A stretch of DNA of 64,000 nt from a virus: positions 33,176 to 97,175 of the IMG/VR virus record IMGVR_UViG_3300030098_006630; one strand, given 5' to 3'. Position 1 is the first letter of the stretch. Each line of letters begins with the position of its first letter. Both the position numbers and the translations under genes were made by a program. The notes under the pieces are model-generated. The model saw only the letters and a list, made by a program, of their open reading frames with translations. It was not told the origin of the DNA and ran no database searches. Below, one piece after another: positions 31,001-41,876 of the stretch.

Positions 31001-32019
31001 AGGCGTTTGATGCCTGGACAGTAGGGACTAAGTTTGAATGCCCCGCTCTTAACTTTGTTGATGCTACACAGTTTCATAGCGCTTCGGGTCCAAGAGGGAT
31101 ATGGGGGGGTTATGGAAGATTTCCGAAGGGGTCGGAGGGTATGTATTTGGAAGTTAAAGATCCATTCCCCGACGCAGATCCTGCTACTACTGGTTCTTTA
31201 TTACAGGTTTGTAAATTTTCGACTTTCGGCTCTACAAAGACTCGCAAAAAAATCGGGAAGATGGCAAAAGAAAAGCAAATATCTGAAGCAATTGTAGCAA
31301 TTCCTTATGTATGGAACTCGCTAGAAGGCACAAATCAGCCTGCTTTAATAACATACCCTGGAACACAAAAGAAATTCTTTAGCATAAGTCATGAGAATCA
31401 TTCAGAAACTTTACTAAATTTAAATGCAGGAGAAGAGCCGGCGAGTGTTTCGTGTGGCGATCTTTACAAAAAGATGAAGAAGTATAATTTACCACCACAA
31501 TTTGACTTCTTGACCTTTCCTTTTAACCCTACAGATAATAGCGGATTAAAGCCTATTGTAATGTTTATGTTTGAATTTACTCACACTTTATCTCGTCAAG
31601 ACTTAAGAGATATTTGGCAAGGATTAATGCCGCAAATTTCTCGACAAGCAGAAGTGCAAGAAGTAAAATTAACTTATCCCACTGGAAAAAAAGAATTCTT
31701 TGATGGAAAAGAGATACCATCTTATGTCCGATGGATGGTTTTCAAAGTTAAGAAGAAAGCTGAAACAAGCTATTTCGCTGTTACGTCAGATGTGGAGGAT
31801 GATAGCAACTTTAAATTCAAGTTCCAGGGTCAAGAAAAACCACCGGAATATAATTATAATTGGCCATATGATTATTTTTCATTAGTAGAGTTGGCAAATA
31901 TAGAGAGTATGATGAATTTTACAGGAAACGGAAATGAAATTGGAGAAGTCGAAGAAGATGTCGAGTTCCAAGGCAGCGCCTTTACCCAGGGTAATCCTTT
32001 CTTAGATCCAGACTCTTAA
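28057..32019 (+). CDS. Large virion structural protein, function unknown
   Basis: 1320-aa ORF in the baseplate module, directly preceded by the ACTATTTA motif; rich in G/S/T/N. Confidence 0.6.
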   Translation: MNDENLTFISASSVGTFMGTNTSFKGRLFGANHKNIGEFYTGISNINNFIPNDFVGLNTIIFEPFDANSHTLGYPALTFTNNDNAPGTLNPGQTEYCNYINSSIVVGMDPSTGKIDNTINMKDPSGNGWGELAGNSTILNAIIHHRQGPYGWPTWKQVRTGNHPLARYWKENSTWTITLKPTINQLTSLMFYDNNATNLAEAAQGAPINLQFVQSPVSNRDKPLVHTFRVQQDGNTNYLTLRSSYANLKDQFANNNQNLWSLKTNKYASNIEIIYDDLKNIYIDEDYGDNTPFKEFMVFRYGQGIYPKQTNKFLQRTRQRTVYGEVAGTGLNGIDQINPRTFWKVVSSSATPVKTVAEWDLSPRRIRTSEALNSQGNIIGARTISGSALGGQPYAALHSPGIRSVWSLDTGINTGSAYSNGTIVAGELGWRQTQGSVGGFRTQAYNTCSAGAYRQDLRADYSGTYTQIPVYASDLISGKQAFFNSYEDFAEDIRGLGKGMSILPEFKISEHMEYYVVEEDGDFLAQNDAYLSLEGAAITSSAASELQYTGERDSAFIINSRTSGMNETFFSDYSHSDFLKYFDMFKSDHKGKANLSSYTLKTTGIKKLLPYRGFYPHQRALQLATLFSQSFAESYNFNGTHTNTYSPNEKAGWNAILRPFFNPGVCFNSLRSAVAVNFPMMTGSSVVDLGIENVGDILGYTSIEGGTSNYKLPFEAIISPDQYLPLSTGATTKYILNDEVTLGDWAAGTYNFNTAYALYGGTHTELYSLAANNFFGEIPRFFLENKAFTSITSAPQGEWQEVVPTKTYYMDVSLYKTKNMLLSEGNAEENLRGSIYGNPNASNYANTTHSNKFKDPAYAAYTPPYFYEKSTARIAYTPSTPGRPTVKELLSRIEQAISLDDNFKANDFGATAVSGTFYTGSAYNVNAFDGGDLASSNRMRISGSVNLFGRAKYKKVTYDNKVNLLDPDGGYIPLVFEDTSDEAFDAWTVGTKFECPALNFVDATQFHSASGPRGIWGGYGRFPKGSEGMYLEVKDPFPDADPATTGSLLQVCKFSTFGSTKTRKKIGKMAKEKQISEAIVAIPYVWNSLEGTNQPALITYPGTQKKFFSISHENHSETLLNLNAGEEPASVSCGDLYKKMKKYNLPPQFDFLTFPFNPTDNSGLKPIVMFMFEFTHTLSRQDLRDIWQGLMPQISRQAEVQEVKLTYPTGKKEFFDGKEIPSYVRWMVFKVKKKAETSYFAVTSDVEDDSNFKFKFQGQEKPPEYNYNWPYDYFSLVELANIESMMNFTGNGNEIGEVEEDVEFQGSAFTQGNPFLDPDS

Positions 32020-32035
32020 TAAAAATAGGATAAAG

Positions 32036-33091
32036 ATGGAGTTTTTTAATCAAAAAGAAGATGTAATAGACATAAAGCTGACGCAATATGGAAAACGTGT
32101 GCTTAAAGCAGGAAACTTTAAACCAGCTTTCTACGCTTTTTTTGACAAAGATATTCTTTACAATAGATATGGCGATACCAGAGAGTCGGAGCTTCAAAAC
32201 CAGATAGAGCCTCGCATTCGAGAAGAAACTCCTCGCTTAAAAACTCAACACAACTTTATTGGCGTTGAGACTCAATTTAACGAAATGAAGGAAATTTTTA
32301 CTTTTAGTGAGAAATTTTCTAAATTTCAAATCGTCCAAAAACTTCAAGACACGGATAATACTTTTTTCTCTCCTAATGCTGCCATCGCCAATACTCAACT
32401 AGGAAATCCGTACAGACCAAGCTGGGATTTATCTTTTTACAACGAAAATCTTACATCGGTGACAGGTTCACTTACATCTTCTAACTCTCCAGTCGTCAAC
32501 ATCCCTCAACTCAACGCTACTCTTAATTTTACCACTTTAATGTCTAACGCTACATTGAACTTAGGAGAGTCTCCTAACGTAGCGAATAATGATTATTCTA
32601 GTGATTTAGAGTGGCTTGAAAATGAACCTCTAGAGTTTGAAGATGGTTCTATGGTAATATTAAAAGATGATTTTTTATTAATCGGAATAGACGAAAAAAA
32701 TACAGATTTTTTAAGTGACAATTTTGAGATAGAGGTTTTTAGAATTGAAGAGACAAAAGGGGATAAATCTTTCACGGGCTTAGAAGAAGATCAGAAAAAA
32801 ACTAGACTTATTCCACTTCAATTTCTTCCTTCGCGTGCACCAAATCAAGAGGACATGTTTGATGAGGAAGAACTAGAGATAAAGTTAGGCAACCCCAATT
32901 ATGTAGAATATTATTTTGATTTATTAATTGACAGTGAAATACCTGAAGGGATTTTTTGTAAAAAGGTTGGAGACGATGTTAAATCTAATTTATATGTTAA
33001 GCAGATATTTAATTGTAATGAAGTTGATTTTTCTCAACGGCAAGATTACAATATTTACGAAGATGATGATCTAGGAGAACCTTGCGAATGA
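32036..33091 (+). CDS. Baseplate/tail-associated structural protein (N-terminus paralogous to 39678-40631)
   Basis: IDIKLTQYGKRVL..G.FK..FYAFFD.DILY matches ILDAVLTDEGR.RL..G..FKI..YALGDDEINY in the paralogue. Confidence 0.55.
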   Translation: MEFFNQKEDVIDIKLTQYGKRVLKAGNFKPAFYAFFDKDILYNRYGDTRESELQNQIEPRIREETPRLKTQHNFIGVETQFNEMKEIFTFSEKFSKFQIVQKLQDTDNTFFSPNAAIANTQLGNPYRPSWDLSFYNENLTSVTGSLTSSNSPVVNIPQLNATLNFTTLMSNATLNLGESPNVANNDYSSDLEWLENEPLEFEDGSMVILKDDFLLIGIDEKNTDFLSDNFEIEVFRIEETKGDKSFTGLEEDQKKTRLIPLQFLPSRAPNQEDMFDEEELEIKLGNPNYVEYYFDLLIDSEIPEGIFCKKVGDDVKSNLYVKQIFNCNEVDFSQRQDYNIYEDDDLGEPCE

Positions 33092-36000
33092 CCGTCCCCG
33101 TAACCAACGATCAATTAATTGGAGATTTCCTCCCCAAGGTTTTTGTCACAAGGATTATTTTAACAGAATCTGGCGGTTCTACAACCACCCGAGGCGATAA
33201 TCCTCATATTGATATTCGCATTCCTAGTAATATCCCTAAGCTGGATAAAGATGGAAACTTAACTGAGAAGGAAAAAGATTATGCATGGACAATGGCGAAA
33301 CTGGAACAATCTTTTAGAGGTCTTGCAGAGGATGAAAAAACAACACTATCTACTTACGGAATGTCTTCTAATCAAGAAAATTTACCTCTTTCAGCTCGAA
33401 TTGATTTAAACTTTAAAGACAGCATAGAAAACAATCTTTTGGGAACTTGGTTTAACAACGAAGATTTAAAGAAAATGGTAAAAGTTAAAGTAATAGCTTG
33501 CTGCACTTCTATTGCATCAGAACAAATTCAAGCAACCATTCTCAAGATTAAGTCTGGAGAAGACAATATATCTACATTAGATAGCGCAATACAATCTTCT
33601 CAATCTATAATTAGCCAGTCGTTTACACTGGCTGAAGGCGGAGGAGCGTGGCAAGGAAACATAATAACTCAAAGCAATTATGATACGGAATCAGAGCAAA
33701 CAACTTATGATATAAGGTCGTCACTCCAGTTTAAACTTAACAAGCCAAACATCAATCATTTGACTTTTTTTGTTGTACCGTATGTTGACCGAGAAATTTT
33801 GCAAAATAGCTTTAATCCTCCTTTACAATTGGATTCGGTGGATAGCAGTTTGTTCTTTGGTGACTGTCGAGTTGAACCCGTTATTCAAAATGGAGATACG
33901 GTCTCTACAGGAACTGTCTATTACGATTCTTCAGGTAACCTCTACTTGGGATATGTAAATTGGATGGGCAATGATGAGATCCCCAATTCTCCATTATTTC
34001 CTTACGCCGCGACAACCGGCGCTCTTTTAGAATCGCGGGATATTACAAATACTGTTATTCAAGACTTTAGACAGCAGAATTTAACGAAAAAAATACATGT
34101 AGATTTTTCTGACGCCAAAAAAAATCTAAATGTATCAGGATTTACCAAGAAACAGTTTTTTAATGACAAATTAGACAATTCAAATTTGTTTTACACTCCC
34201 GTCATGAGCACTCGAAGCCCTAAAGGTGATGTTAAGCTGTGTTTTGGTATTAATTTAGAGTGGTTCCTAAGAACGAATTCGCCTTATGGTAAATTATGGG
34301 ATAACATGACGCCTGATCAAAAAGACAACTTGTTTAACTCCAAGCTTTTCAAAGATGTATCTCTAATACGAAGAAGAGTAAAAGGGATTGACGATGAAAG
34401 ACTCCTAGACGCGAACACTCCTATAACTGTTGTAACTACGGCGGACTCTCTTAATTCTCTAGCAGAGTCTCAACAAAGTAACGTGAACAAAAGCAGTATT
34501 TTAACGCGCATCTCCATAGACCATTTTATCAAAGACAAATCAAATAAGAAATTTGTTTATTTTAGTGCCAGAGATGCAGATATCAACAACCAAGGTCCAG
34601 GATATTATCAATATGGATTGCGCTACACGTTTGATGATTCTATACTAAAGACAGTTCAAAACTTAACTCTCGCTCTACAGCAAGATTTTAAAGTTTATCG
34701 ACAACTTGTCTATACGTCTAGAAATCCAAAATATTATGATGTTTATACAAATTCTTTTAATAAGGCATTTGGCTCCGAGGCGGCGAATTGGCTAGGTGTT
34801 GTTCCCGTAATGCTAGCAAATTTTGTCCTACTCAGAAATATTCTAACTGGAGACCACATGAATGGGGGGATAATAAATAGCCAAACTGCCCTCATTATGA
34901 TCAATTTATTAAACATTACTTCTCCAAAAACAGGCTCTCCACAAGGAATGGAGTTTTTATTAAACTTGGTAGATGAATTGCTATCTCTTACTACTGAGTT
35001 GTTTGAAATAAAAAGCATTGCCAATACTTCACAAGGATTTAGAACTCCTTCTCCTTCCTCGCCACAGAAGCATGTTAAAAGTATTACCCGTGAGGTGTAC
35101 TTTTCCTCTGCAATGGGAGGAATTGTAGACACCACTATGGATAAAAATTTAGGATATGACTTCTTGTGGAAAACAGACAGCGAAGGTTTCCTAAAAAACA
35201 CAGGCATTGGGGGAAACATAAAAGTTAATCGCACAAGTCCACAGGGATTGTCTTCTTTTTCGTATGATTATTTTACAGAAAGAACCAAACAAGAGACAGA
35301 AAAGTATTTCACCAGCGATCAGCTTGAACTCAACTTGATGCTGCCAAAGCTAGAAAACAAAAAAATCCAGACCGATCTTGAAAGCCAAAGATACACATTT
35401 CTTTCACCATCACTTGTGCAAACTCCGCAATTAGGATTTATTCCTGTACTAAGCAACGGTTCAAATAAAATTGAGTACGATCGCTTGAATACTCTTTACA
35501 CCGAAATAATCAAAAGAAGACTAAACGACTTAGACTCGGGTTTTAAAGTGGATAAAAAGGAGCTTAAATTTTTAAGCCAAAACGACAAGGAACAAAAATA
35601 TCAATTAGAGCAAATAATCTCCCTCAAAGGAGGTACAGTGGTGTCTACGGACAGAGGAGGAGCCGAGCTTTTTGGACTCCTTAACCCTCCTACAGAAGAG
35701 GGTCAAAATATTTCTTTTAACAATTTAGGATCTCCGTTAGGACCATCGCAGACAGAAATACAAGAGCAAAGCAACTTTGAAACTCTAGGCTCAGGAGTAC
35801 CTCCTGTTGATGAATCAAGCTCAGATTTGTTGCAAGAAACAAATTACAATGATGCTCTACTTGGTTTAACTATTGTAGACGCTCACGGTGGAATGAATGA
35901 GTTAAATAAATTTACTAACAGGATTAATGGCGGTGGTCGAAATAAAAATGAAATACCTTATGTAACGCTAGAAGATCTTGTTCCGTTACCTAATCAGCTT

Positions 36001-36732
36001 AAACAACTGGTTATTTTAAATTCCAACACTAACATCGGAAGTATACAAAATAATTTAAATTTCCAAACAAATACGCTTACTATGGCAGATATAGATGAAG
36101 GTGCTACACGCTTGGACACTGCCGATGCACGAAAACTTGAAAAGCAATTTGGTATTTGGATGAATTATTTTAACTTGGTCAAAGTCCAAGTATTTACAGG
36201 GTTTCAATGGTCCCAAGCAGGCGGCACTGACTATGTGATGCAAAATGTATTTGTAGATATGACACCAGAGCACTTTACAATGATTAAGAACTCTAATATG
36301 CGAGTAGTGTGTCGCCTAACTCCTTATGTTAATGAGCTTTTAGACATCACCACTGACAACACCTTGTCTCTTCCTATTTTTGATCAGTATTTTATTATCG
36401 AAAGCGGACCCAGCACGGCTGTTAAAACAGCAGCTCAAAACTTAGCTAGTATGACAAGGCTCCTTAATACCATGTCATCTCACATAGATGCGCTAGAAAC
36501 ACCGCCGGATTATGTCAATACCGGAGGGTTCTATGGAGGCGGAATAGGTGGCAACAAGCCTGACCATGCCTACACAAGCATTCCAGATGGTTTTACTGCA
36601 CCAGGACCCGACTCTACATCGAAGAAGCTTGGATATAACACTTCTCCAGGAAATCCAGGATTAAATAAGAGAGGAAAAACTTTTAAAAATTTCCCCGATT
36701 CAGAACTCAAGCCCAAATGGGGCTCTTACTAG
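33088..36732 (+). CDS. Large hypothetical virion protein
   Basis: Long ORF of about 1214 aa, with an ATGA overlap with the upstream gene. Confidence 0.55.
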   Translation: MTVPVTNDQLIGDFLPKVFVTRIILTESGGSTTTRGDNPHIDIRIPSNIPKLDKDGNLTEKEKDYAWTMAKLEQSFRGLAEDEKTTLSTYGMSSNQENLPLSARIDLNFKDSIENNLLGTWFNNEDLKKMVKVKVIACCTSIASEQIQATILKIKSGEDNISTLDSAIQSSQSIISQSFTLAEGGGAWQGNIITQSNYDTESEQTTYDIRSSLQFKLNKPNINHLTFFVVPYVDREILQNSFNPPLQLDSVDSSLFFGDCRVEPVIQNGDTVSTGTVYYDSSGNLYLGYVNWMGNDEIPNSPLFPYAATTGALLESRDITNTVIQDFRQQNLTKKIHVDFSDAKKNLNVSGFTKKQFFNDKLDNSNLFYTPVMSTRSPKGDVKLCFGINLEWFLRTNSPYGKLWDNMTPDQKDNLFNSKLFKDVSLIRRRVKGIDDERLLDANTPITVVTTADSLNSLAESQQSNVNKSSILTRISIDHFIKDKSNKKFVYFSARDADINNQGPGYYQYGLRYTFDDSILKTVQNLTLALQQDFKVYRQLVYTSRNPKYYDVYTNSFNKAFGSEAANWLGVVPVMLANFVLLRNILTGDHMNGGIINSQTALIMINLLNITSPKTGSPQGMEFLLNLVDELLSLTTELFEIKSIANTSQGFRTPSPSSPQKHVKSITREVYFSSAMGGIVDTTMDKNLGYDFLWKTDSEGFLKNTGIGGNIKVNRTSPQGLSSFSYDYFTERTKQETEKYFTSDQLELNLMLPKLENKKIQTDLESQRYTFLSPSLVQTPQLGFIPVLSNGSNKIEYDRLNTLYTEIIKRRLNDLDSGFKVDKKELKFLSQNDKEQKYQLEQIISLKGGTVVSTDRGGAELFGLLNPPTEEGQNISFNNLGSPLGPSQTEIQEQSNFETLGSGVPPVDESSSDLLQETNYNDALLGLTIVDAHGGMNELNKFTNRINGGGRNKNEIPYVTLEDLVPLPNQLKQLVILNSNTNIGSIQNNLNFQTNTLTMADIDEGATRLDTADARKLEKQFGIWMNYFNLVKVQVFTGFQWSQAGGTDYVMQNVFVDMTPEHFTMIKNSNMRVVCRLTPYVNELLDITTDNTLSLPIFDQYFIIESGPSTAVKTAAQNLASMTRLLNTMSSHIDALETPPDYVNTGGFYGGGIGGNKPDHAYTSIPDGFTAPGPDSTSKKLGYNTSPGNPGLNKRGKTFKNFPDSELKPKWGSY

Positions 36733-36757
36733 GCACTAGCCAGAAAAGGACTGCTAA

Positions 36758-39592
36758 ATGGCAACAAAACTTCAACAAACCCCTCTTCAAAGAGTATATA
36801 TCGAAGCAGACAATACGAACCTTGTTGATGCTCAGAACACGGACAACAATGTTCAAACCCTCACACTTGGCAGTGTTATAGCCGGCGATCCTTTCCGTCA
36901 AGATGCAAATATCTTCTGGACTCAACGAAAATTAGTACCCAACCCGGCGGAAAGAAATAATAAATATGTTTACGATCCCGATGGTCACTTAAGCTTAATT
37001 TCTACTCCTCAATATTCTCTTTCAACAACAAATAATAAAGAATTTTGTATACGAAGCCGCGCTCTCGCCGGGAAAAAAGTTTATTTTAGACCTGTGACAG
37101 TTGCTCAAGACGAAGCGATGTGGTCCATGAATGGAACAAGCCTTCCTACTAAAACGGAACAATATCGAGTTTATGTGCCAAACACTTCTGATTATACTAT
37201 GCCAAAACTCAATGAATCATTACAAGGCACGACCAGTTTTTTAATAAATAACGCCTCGCAGACTTTACAAGTTCAGTGGTGGGAACAATGGATTAATTTT
37301 AATTTTCCTCAAGGTTCTTTTTACAAAGATCATTATTTTTCTATGGATCTTCCTACGCCTAAAGACATATCTTCATTTGTTCCTAATCAAAACTTTGTTC
37401 ATATTAAGACAAATTATAATTTTTATTTTGAAGAATATGAAGATGCCATTGCGATGGATGAAGTTCCTGAAGTTTTATTGCCGAACCTCTACACTTATAT
37501 GTATGTGTCGGACTGGAATTATGATGTTAATCAAGCTAATTGGGAAGAAACGAAGTTTAAATATTTAAGTCCATTTATAAATCACGCTACGTTTGGCGGG
37601 TTACTCCCCACAGATAACGTGATTTCTATTTATGCAGAAGCAGGGCTTCCAAACGCTCCTATGTCGCTGGAGCCTTTAGGTTCTATTAATAGATACTTTG
37701 ATACATGGTCTAAAACCGTAGGTGATTTTTATAATCCTAATTTTAAATTTGGCGAGGCAATTCAAACAGAAGTTCTTGATGAAGTTGTACAAGATTTTGA
37801 TAAAATTGCCTTTGCGGAAGATTCCTACAAGACCACATTTAAGCATAATAGAGTTGCTAAACAGTTTCCTATGAATGTAGAAGTTACTTTTTCTACGGAT
37901 AATAGAAATAATTTTCTTAATATGTTGAAGCAGTCGAATCAATATGATAATTTACTTTTATATCTATTAAACAGCCCAGGAGAAACCAAAGAGGCTACAG
38001 TACTTGCTCAAGCAAATGCAAATACCTCTATCGTAACCGACATGGTAGAGTGGGATTTAACAAATTTTTTCAATGAAATAGACCCTATTTCTAATAAATT
38101 TAACAGCGTGTTGCAAAAAAAGCAAGACTTTGTTTATTTGGGTAAAAATGTGAGCCCTGCCCCCGAAAATCAATTTTTTAATCAATTAATGGCAATAGGC
38201 TTAAAAACAAAATTTAATAACTTTGCAAAAAAGCACACCAGAGGTTTCGAAGAAATATTAAACGGCGCAGAGGCTTACGAAGAGATAGTATTATATGAGA
38301 TGGAAAAATGGTCCTCTAACGTAAATGGTGAACCACAAGAGCTACTGCAACGCTTTTATCTTCCTAACGATGAAGACAAGATTCTAACTTTTTTTGACAC
38401 CCAGGTAAAATATGCTAAGTTTTATGTTTATAAAATGTATGCCTATAAGTTAGTTATCGGCTCGATGTATTCTTACAATCAAAGCTCCGTATCATCTCTA
38501 TCAAGTCCCTCTATTGGTGACGCCGGTTCTTATGGGAATGATCCTTTGGCAGGCGGCGGCTCTCCTCTTGATAGTCCAATTGCTTATTCTTCTGATACAG
38601 CTCAGCTAGGGAGCGCTAATCTTAGCGTAGAGATAACTCCTTCTCCAAAAATAATAAAAGTCCCTTATTACAACGCAGGACCTCCTCCTGTTTTTAGAAC
38701 TACGGGAGATGCTTACAGTCTTATCACTGGAGAACCAATAAACAATCAAGTCGAACATCAGACAACATATGTTTTAGATGATCCTCCTCTCGCACCAGAA
38801 ATAGAGATTGTTCCTTTAATGGAAGATAGACGAGATATCATTATCAATATTAGAGATACAATTGGACAAAGTATTGATACGCCCAAGCCCATCAACACCC
38901 CTGGTGGATTTAAAAATTTCAACGATACTACCATATTTAAACTTATTGCGACAGTACAGAAAAAAAATGAAGATAACATATCTTTAGAACAAGCACAAAA
39001 AATAATCACAGATTCTTCATTCTATACTATAAATTTTTCATCTGACGAACCAGCTAAAGAATTCCAAGTATTTAGAACTAAAACCAAGCCTGTTATTTAT
39101 CAGAATTTCTCTGATTCTTTATACGAAACTGTTTCCGGTCCAAATGGCTCTACTAAGGTAAGATTAAATTACAATGAAAAAAATTATTTTGTTTTTAGAA
39201 CTGTAGATAATCATGGTAAGTTTTCTAACCCTACCGATGTCTATGAAGTAGAAATTAAAGAAGATAGTGGAATTTCTTACCCGGTTATAAGAGCGTTCAA
39301 CTTGCTTACTGAAAATGCTAAAACTTCTAAAACAAAATATGTCTTTTCCTTGGCGGGACGAAAGTTTATTTACCTCAAGCCTGCTTTTGAACAGTGGGAC
39401 ATGACAGAAAAATATAACGAAGCAGATTACAACAGTGCCTTTGATATACCAAATTTTTCGCTCGGTACATCCAAAGAATCAGTTTTTCAAGAAAACAGAA
39501 AATTTAAAATTCGCTTAACATCTAAAAAGACTAATAGGAAAATAGATATTAATGTTTCTTGTAAACAAAAGAATAAAAAAGTAATACAATAA
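36758..39592 (+). CDS. Large hypothetical virion protein with FN3-like beta segments
   Basis: FFDTQVKY.K.Y.YK.YAY, FQVFR...KP and Y.FVFRTVDNHG.FSNPT resemble fibronectin-III strand patterns. Confidence 0.5.
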   Translation: MATKLQQTPLQRVYIEADNTNLVDAQNTDNNVQTLTLGSVIAGDPFRQDANIFWTQRKLVPNPAERNNKYVYDPDGHLSLISTPQYSLSTTNNKEFCIRSRALAGKKVYFRPVTVAQDEAMWSMNGTSLPTKTEQYRVYVPNTSDYTMPKLNESLQGTTSFLINNASQTLQVQWWEQWINFNFPQGSFYKDHYFSMDLPTPKDISSFVPNQNFVHIKTNYNFYFEEYEDAIAMDEVPEVLLPNLYTYMYVSDWNYDVNQANWEETKFKYLSPFINHATFGGLLPTDNVISIYAEAGLPNAPMSLEPLGSINRYFDTWSKTVGDFYNPNFKFGEAIQTEVLDEVVQDFDKIAFAEDSYKTTFKHNRVAKQFPMNVEVTFSTDNRNNFLNMLKQSNQYDNLLLYLLNSPGETKEATVLAQANANTSIVTDMVEWDLTNFFNEIDPISNKFNSVLQKKQDFVYLGKNVSPAPENQFFNQLMAIGLKTKFNNFAKKHTRGFEEILNGAEAYEEIVLYEMEKWSSNVNGEPQELLQRFYLPNDEDKILTFFDTQVKYAKFYVYKMYAYKLVIGSMYSYNQSSVSSLSSPSIGDAGSYGNDPLAGGGSPLDSPIAYSSDTAQLGSANLSVEITPSPKIIKVPYYNAGPPPVFRTTGDAYSLITGEPINNQVEHQTTYVLDDPPLAPEIEIVPLMEDRRDIIINIRDTIGQSIDTPKPINTPGGFKNFNDTTIFKLIATVQKKNEDNISLEQAQKIITDSSFYTINFSSDEPAKEFQVFRTKTKPVIYQNFSDSLYETVSGPNGSTKVRLNYNEKNYFVFRTVDNHGKFSNPTDVYEVEIKEDSGISYPVIRAFNLLTENAKTSKTKYVFSLAGRKFIYLKPAFEQWDMTEKYNEADYNSAFDIPNFSLGTSKESVFQENRKFKIRLTSKKTNRKIDINVSCKQKNKKVIQ

Positions 39593-39619
39593 GAAAAGTT
39601 AGAAAATTCAATAAAAAAC

Positions 39620-39627
39620 ACTATTTA
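39620..39627 (+). promoter_or_regulatory. Putative late promoter ACTATTTA
   Basis: Intergenic copy upstream of 39678. Confidence 0.65.
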
Positions 39628-39677
39628 TAGAAATAAATGAGTATCCAAATGCCACCAAGAGATAGAGGAGTACAACA

Positions 39678-40631
39678 ATGGGTTTCTTAGATAATTCAGG
39701 TGACATCATCCTTGACGCAGTTTTGACAGACGAAGGTCGTATGCGTCTAGCTAGAGGCGATGGCAGTTTTAAAATTGTAAAATATGCGCTTGGAGATGAT
39801 GAAATAAATTATAAACTTTATGATAAAAACAATGCAAGTGGGTCTGCCTATTATGACTTACAAATTCTACAAACTCCTGTTTTAGAAGCTTTTACTAATA
39901 ACGTCTCTTCTATGAAGTCTAAATTAATGTCAATGACAAAGAATAATCTTCTTTATCTCCCGGTTATTAAATTAAATCGTCTTAATGACAGTAGTCAAAT
40001 GTTCGATGCTAACACTTTTTTGATTCTCGTGGACTCAACAACAGAAGATAAGTTCAAGTCAACTAATGGAGATTCGTTTCCAAAAGGAATTTTATTCGGA
40101 CAGACATTAGATTCCGACTCACATATTCTTCTCGAACAAGGGCTAGATACAATTGAAATACCCCAATCAGTCGCCCTGGATTCTGACTTGGTTGAAACTC
40201 AATATATCTTAGAAATGGACAATCGCTTTGGAAAACCTGCCAAAGCAGGGACGGCGAATATTCAAATTGCTCAACAGTCTTTTGTCGATGATGATCAAAT
40301 CGCAAGCTATTACTTCTCCTTAGCTAACAACGCTGACTATGTGAGTGATAGTTGGACAGGTAAAGCTGACCCACCTCCCGGCGGAGTCCCCGCTAATACC
40401 AATTCTATTCGCGGACCACAAGGTACGCAGTTTAAGTTTGAAATTGCTTCGTCATTAGATTTGGCAACGAGCACTTACTTGTTCGATCAATTAGGCACTA
40501 GCACTACGATTAACGTTAATTCAACCGATATATCGTGCTTAGTGCTTGATAGCACCATTAGAGTTATGGGAGCTACAACCGGATATACGGTTGACATCCC
40601 TGTTAGATATGTTAAATATACCGCAAGTTAG
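39678..40631 (+). CDS. Baseplate/tail-collar-associated structural protein
   Basis: MGFLDNSGDIILDAVLTDEGR..LA.G...FKI.KYALGDDEINY. Strong GAGGAG SD and an upstream ACTATTTA motif. Confidence 0.6.
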   Translation: MGFLDNSGDIILDAVLTDEGRMRLARGDGSFKIVKYALGDDEINYKLYDKNNASGSAYYDLQILQTPVLEAFTNNVSSMKSKLMSMTKNNLLYLPVIKLNRLNDSSQMFDANTFLILVDSTTEDKFKSTNGDSFPKGILFGQTLDSDSHILLEQGLDTIEIPQSVALDSDLVETQYILEMDNRFGKPAKAGTANIQIAQQSFVDDDQIASYYFSLANNADYVSDSWTGKADPPPGGVPANTNSIRGPQGTQFKFEIASSLDLATSTYLFDQLGTSTTINVNSTDISCLVLDSTIRVMGATTGYTVDIPVRYVKYTAS

Positions 40632-40642
40632 AGGAAAAATGA

Positions 40643-41866
40643 ATGGCTACCGTATTTAAAACACTTACAAACAACGATATTACCACTACTAGAACGCTTC
40701 TGCACGAAGCTATTCCTATTACTGGAAGTATCATTTCAGGCACGTACAATGCTGCTGGCGCAGTGGCGCTGGGCTCAGAAGCTAATATTAAAACCTATTC
40801 CCACGGTATGTTTGAATCGGTGTATGATTATCCTTACCTAAGCTCATCAGCAAATCATATTATCGACATTACGCTTGGGTATTCTACCTCTTCTGCTGAA
40901 AATGACGCCGATAACACTCAAAACAGTAAAAAAATTAATATCTATACCGAACTTGCTCAAGTTTTGGCTGGCTATAATACCGACAATAATATTTTAAGAT
41001 TCGATGAAGATGGAAATATTTCAGACGGCGGAACAAAAATTGATGAATGTTTCTTTTTGAACTTTTCACGCCTCCTCGCTAAAGATGAAATTAAAAAAGG
41101 ATCTTTTAACCTTGAATTAGGTGTGGGGGCTCCTTTTCAAGAAAACCCCGCCAGCCAATATACAATGCAAAGTAGAATCTTAATTACAGACTATAGTGGA
41201 ACCTCGGGTTATAAAGTCAACTCCCCCGCAGGAGAATACGGCATTCTTTATGCTACAGGCGCTGCTATACAAGGAGTAACTGATTTGACCACAACTCTTG
41301 GTCCACTCTGGACGGGAAGTGCGACGGTTAACGATGCTTTTAACGACGACGGTAGAGTTGCGGTTGGACTTCTCTATTACCAAGCTGGTATAGCGGTTGT
41401 ATCCGGCTCTGTTTTTAATGGAAATCAAATCGGAGGAATTTTAGATCCCGTCTTGTGCTCCTCTTCTTATCTAGGCTCTAATACATACGGCTCTCCTTTG
41501 GCAGGTGACACGAACACTCAAGGCGGCGGATTTTATTCAGTGACGGGAACATCAATCAATGCTATGTCCAACGCTATTAGAAATCGTATTTATAATGTAT
41601 CCTTCAACAATACTACAGAGTTAAATTCTACGATTTACTTCTGCCGTGCGAACCACAATGATTTTAATTACAGCACCAACCCCACTTACCTGGCGGAAAG
41701 TAAAATAAGAGTTAAAAACACCTCCACTGATAGTCCTGTCTCTTACGCTACAACGGTAGGGTTGTATTCCTCCGACAATGCACTTCTTGCGGTTGCTAAG
41801 CTTTCAGAGCCTTTGAAGAAAACTCCTGAAACAGAGCTTACCTTAAGAGTTAGACTGGATTATTAG
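40643..41866 (+). CDS. Virion structural protein (paralogue of 41877-43061)
   Basis: IKKGSF, VGLLYYQAGI, FNYSTNPT and C-terminal TTVGLY....ALLAVAKLSEPLKK...L.LRVRLDY. Confidence 0.6.
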   Translation: MATVFKTLTNNDITTTRTLLHEAIPITGSIISGTYNAAGAVALGSEANIKTYSHGMFESVYDYPYLSSSANHIIDITLGYSTSSAENDADNTQNSKKINIYTELAQVLAGYNTDNNILRFDEDGNISDGGTKIDECFFLNFSRLLAKDEIKKGSFNLELGVGAPFQENPASQYTMQSRILITDYSGTSGYKVNSPAGEYGILYATGAAIQGVTDLTTTLGPLWTGSATVNDAFNDDGRVAVGLLYYQAGIAVVSGSVFNGNQIGGILDPVLCSSSYLGSNTYGSPLAGDTNTQGGGFYSVTGTSINAMSNAIRNRIYNVSFNNTTELNSTIYFCRANHNDFNYSTNPTYLAESKIRVKNTSTDSPVSYATTVGLYSSDNALLAVAKLSEPLKKTPETELTLRVRLDY

Positions 41867-41876
41867 GCGATATGTT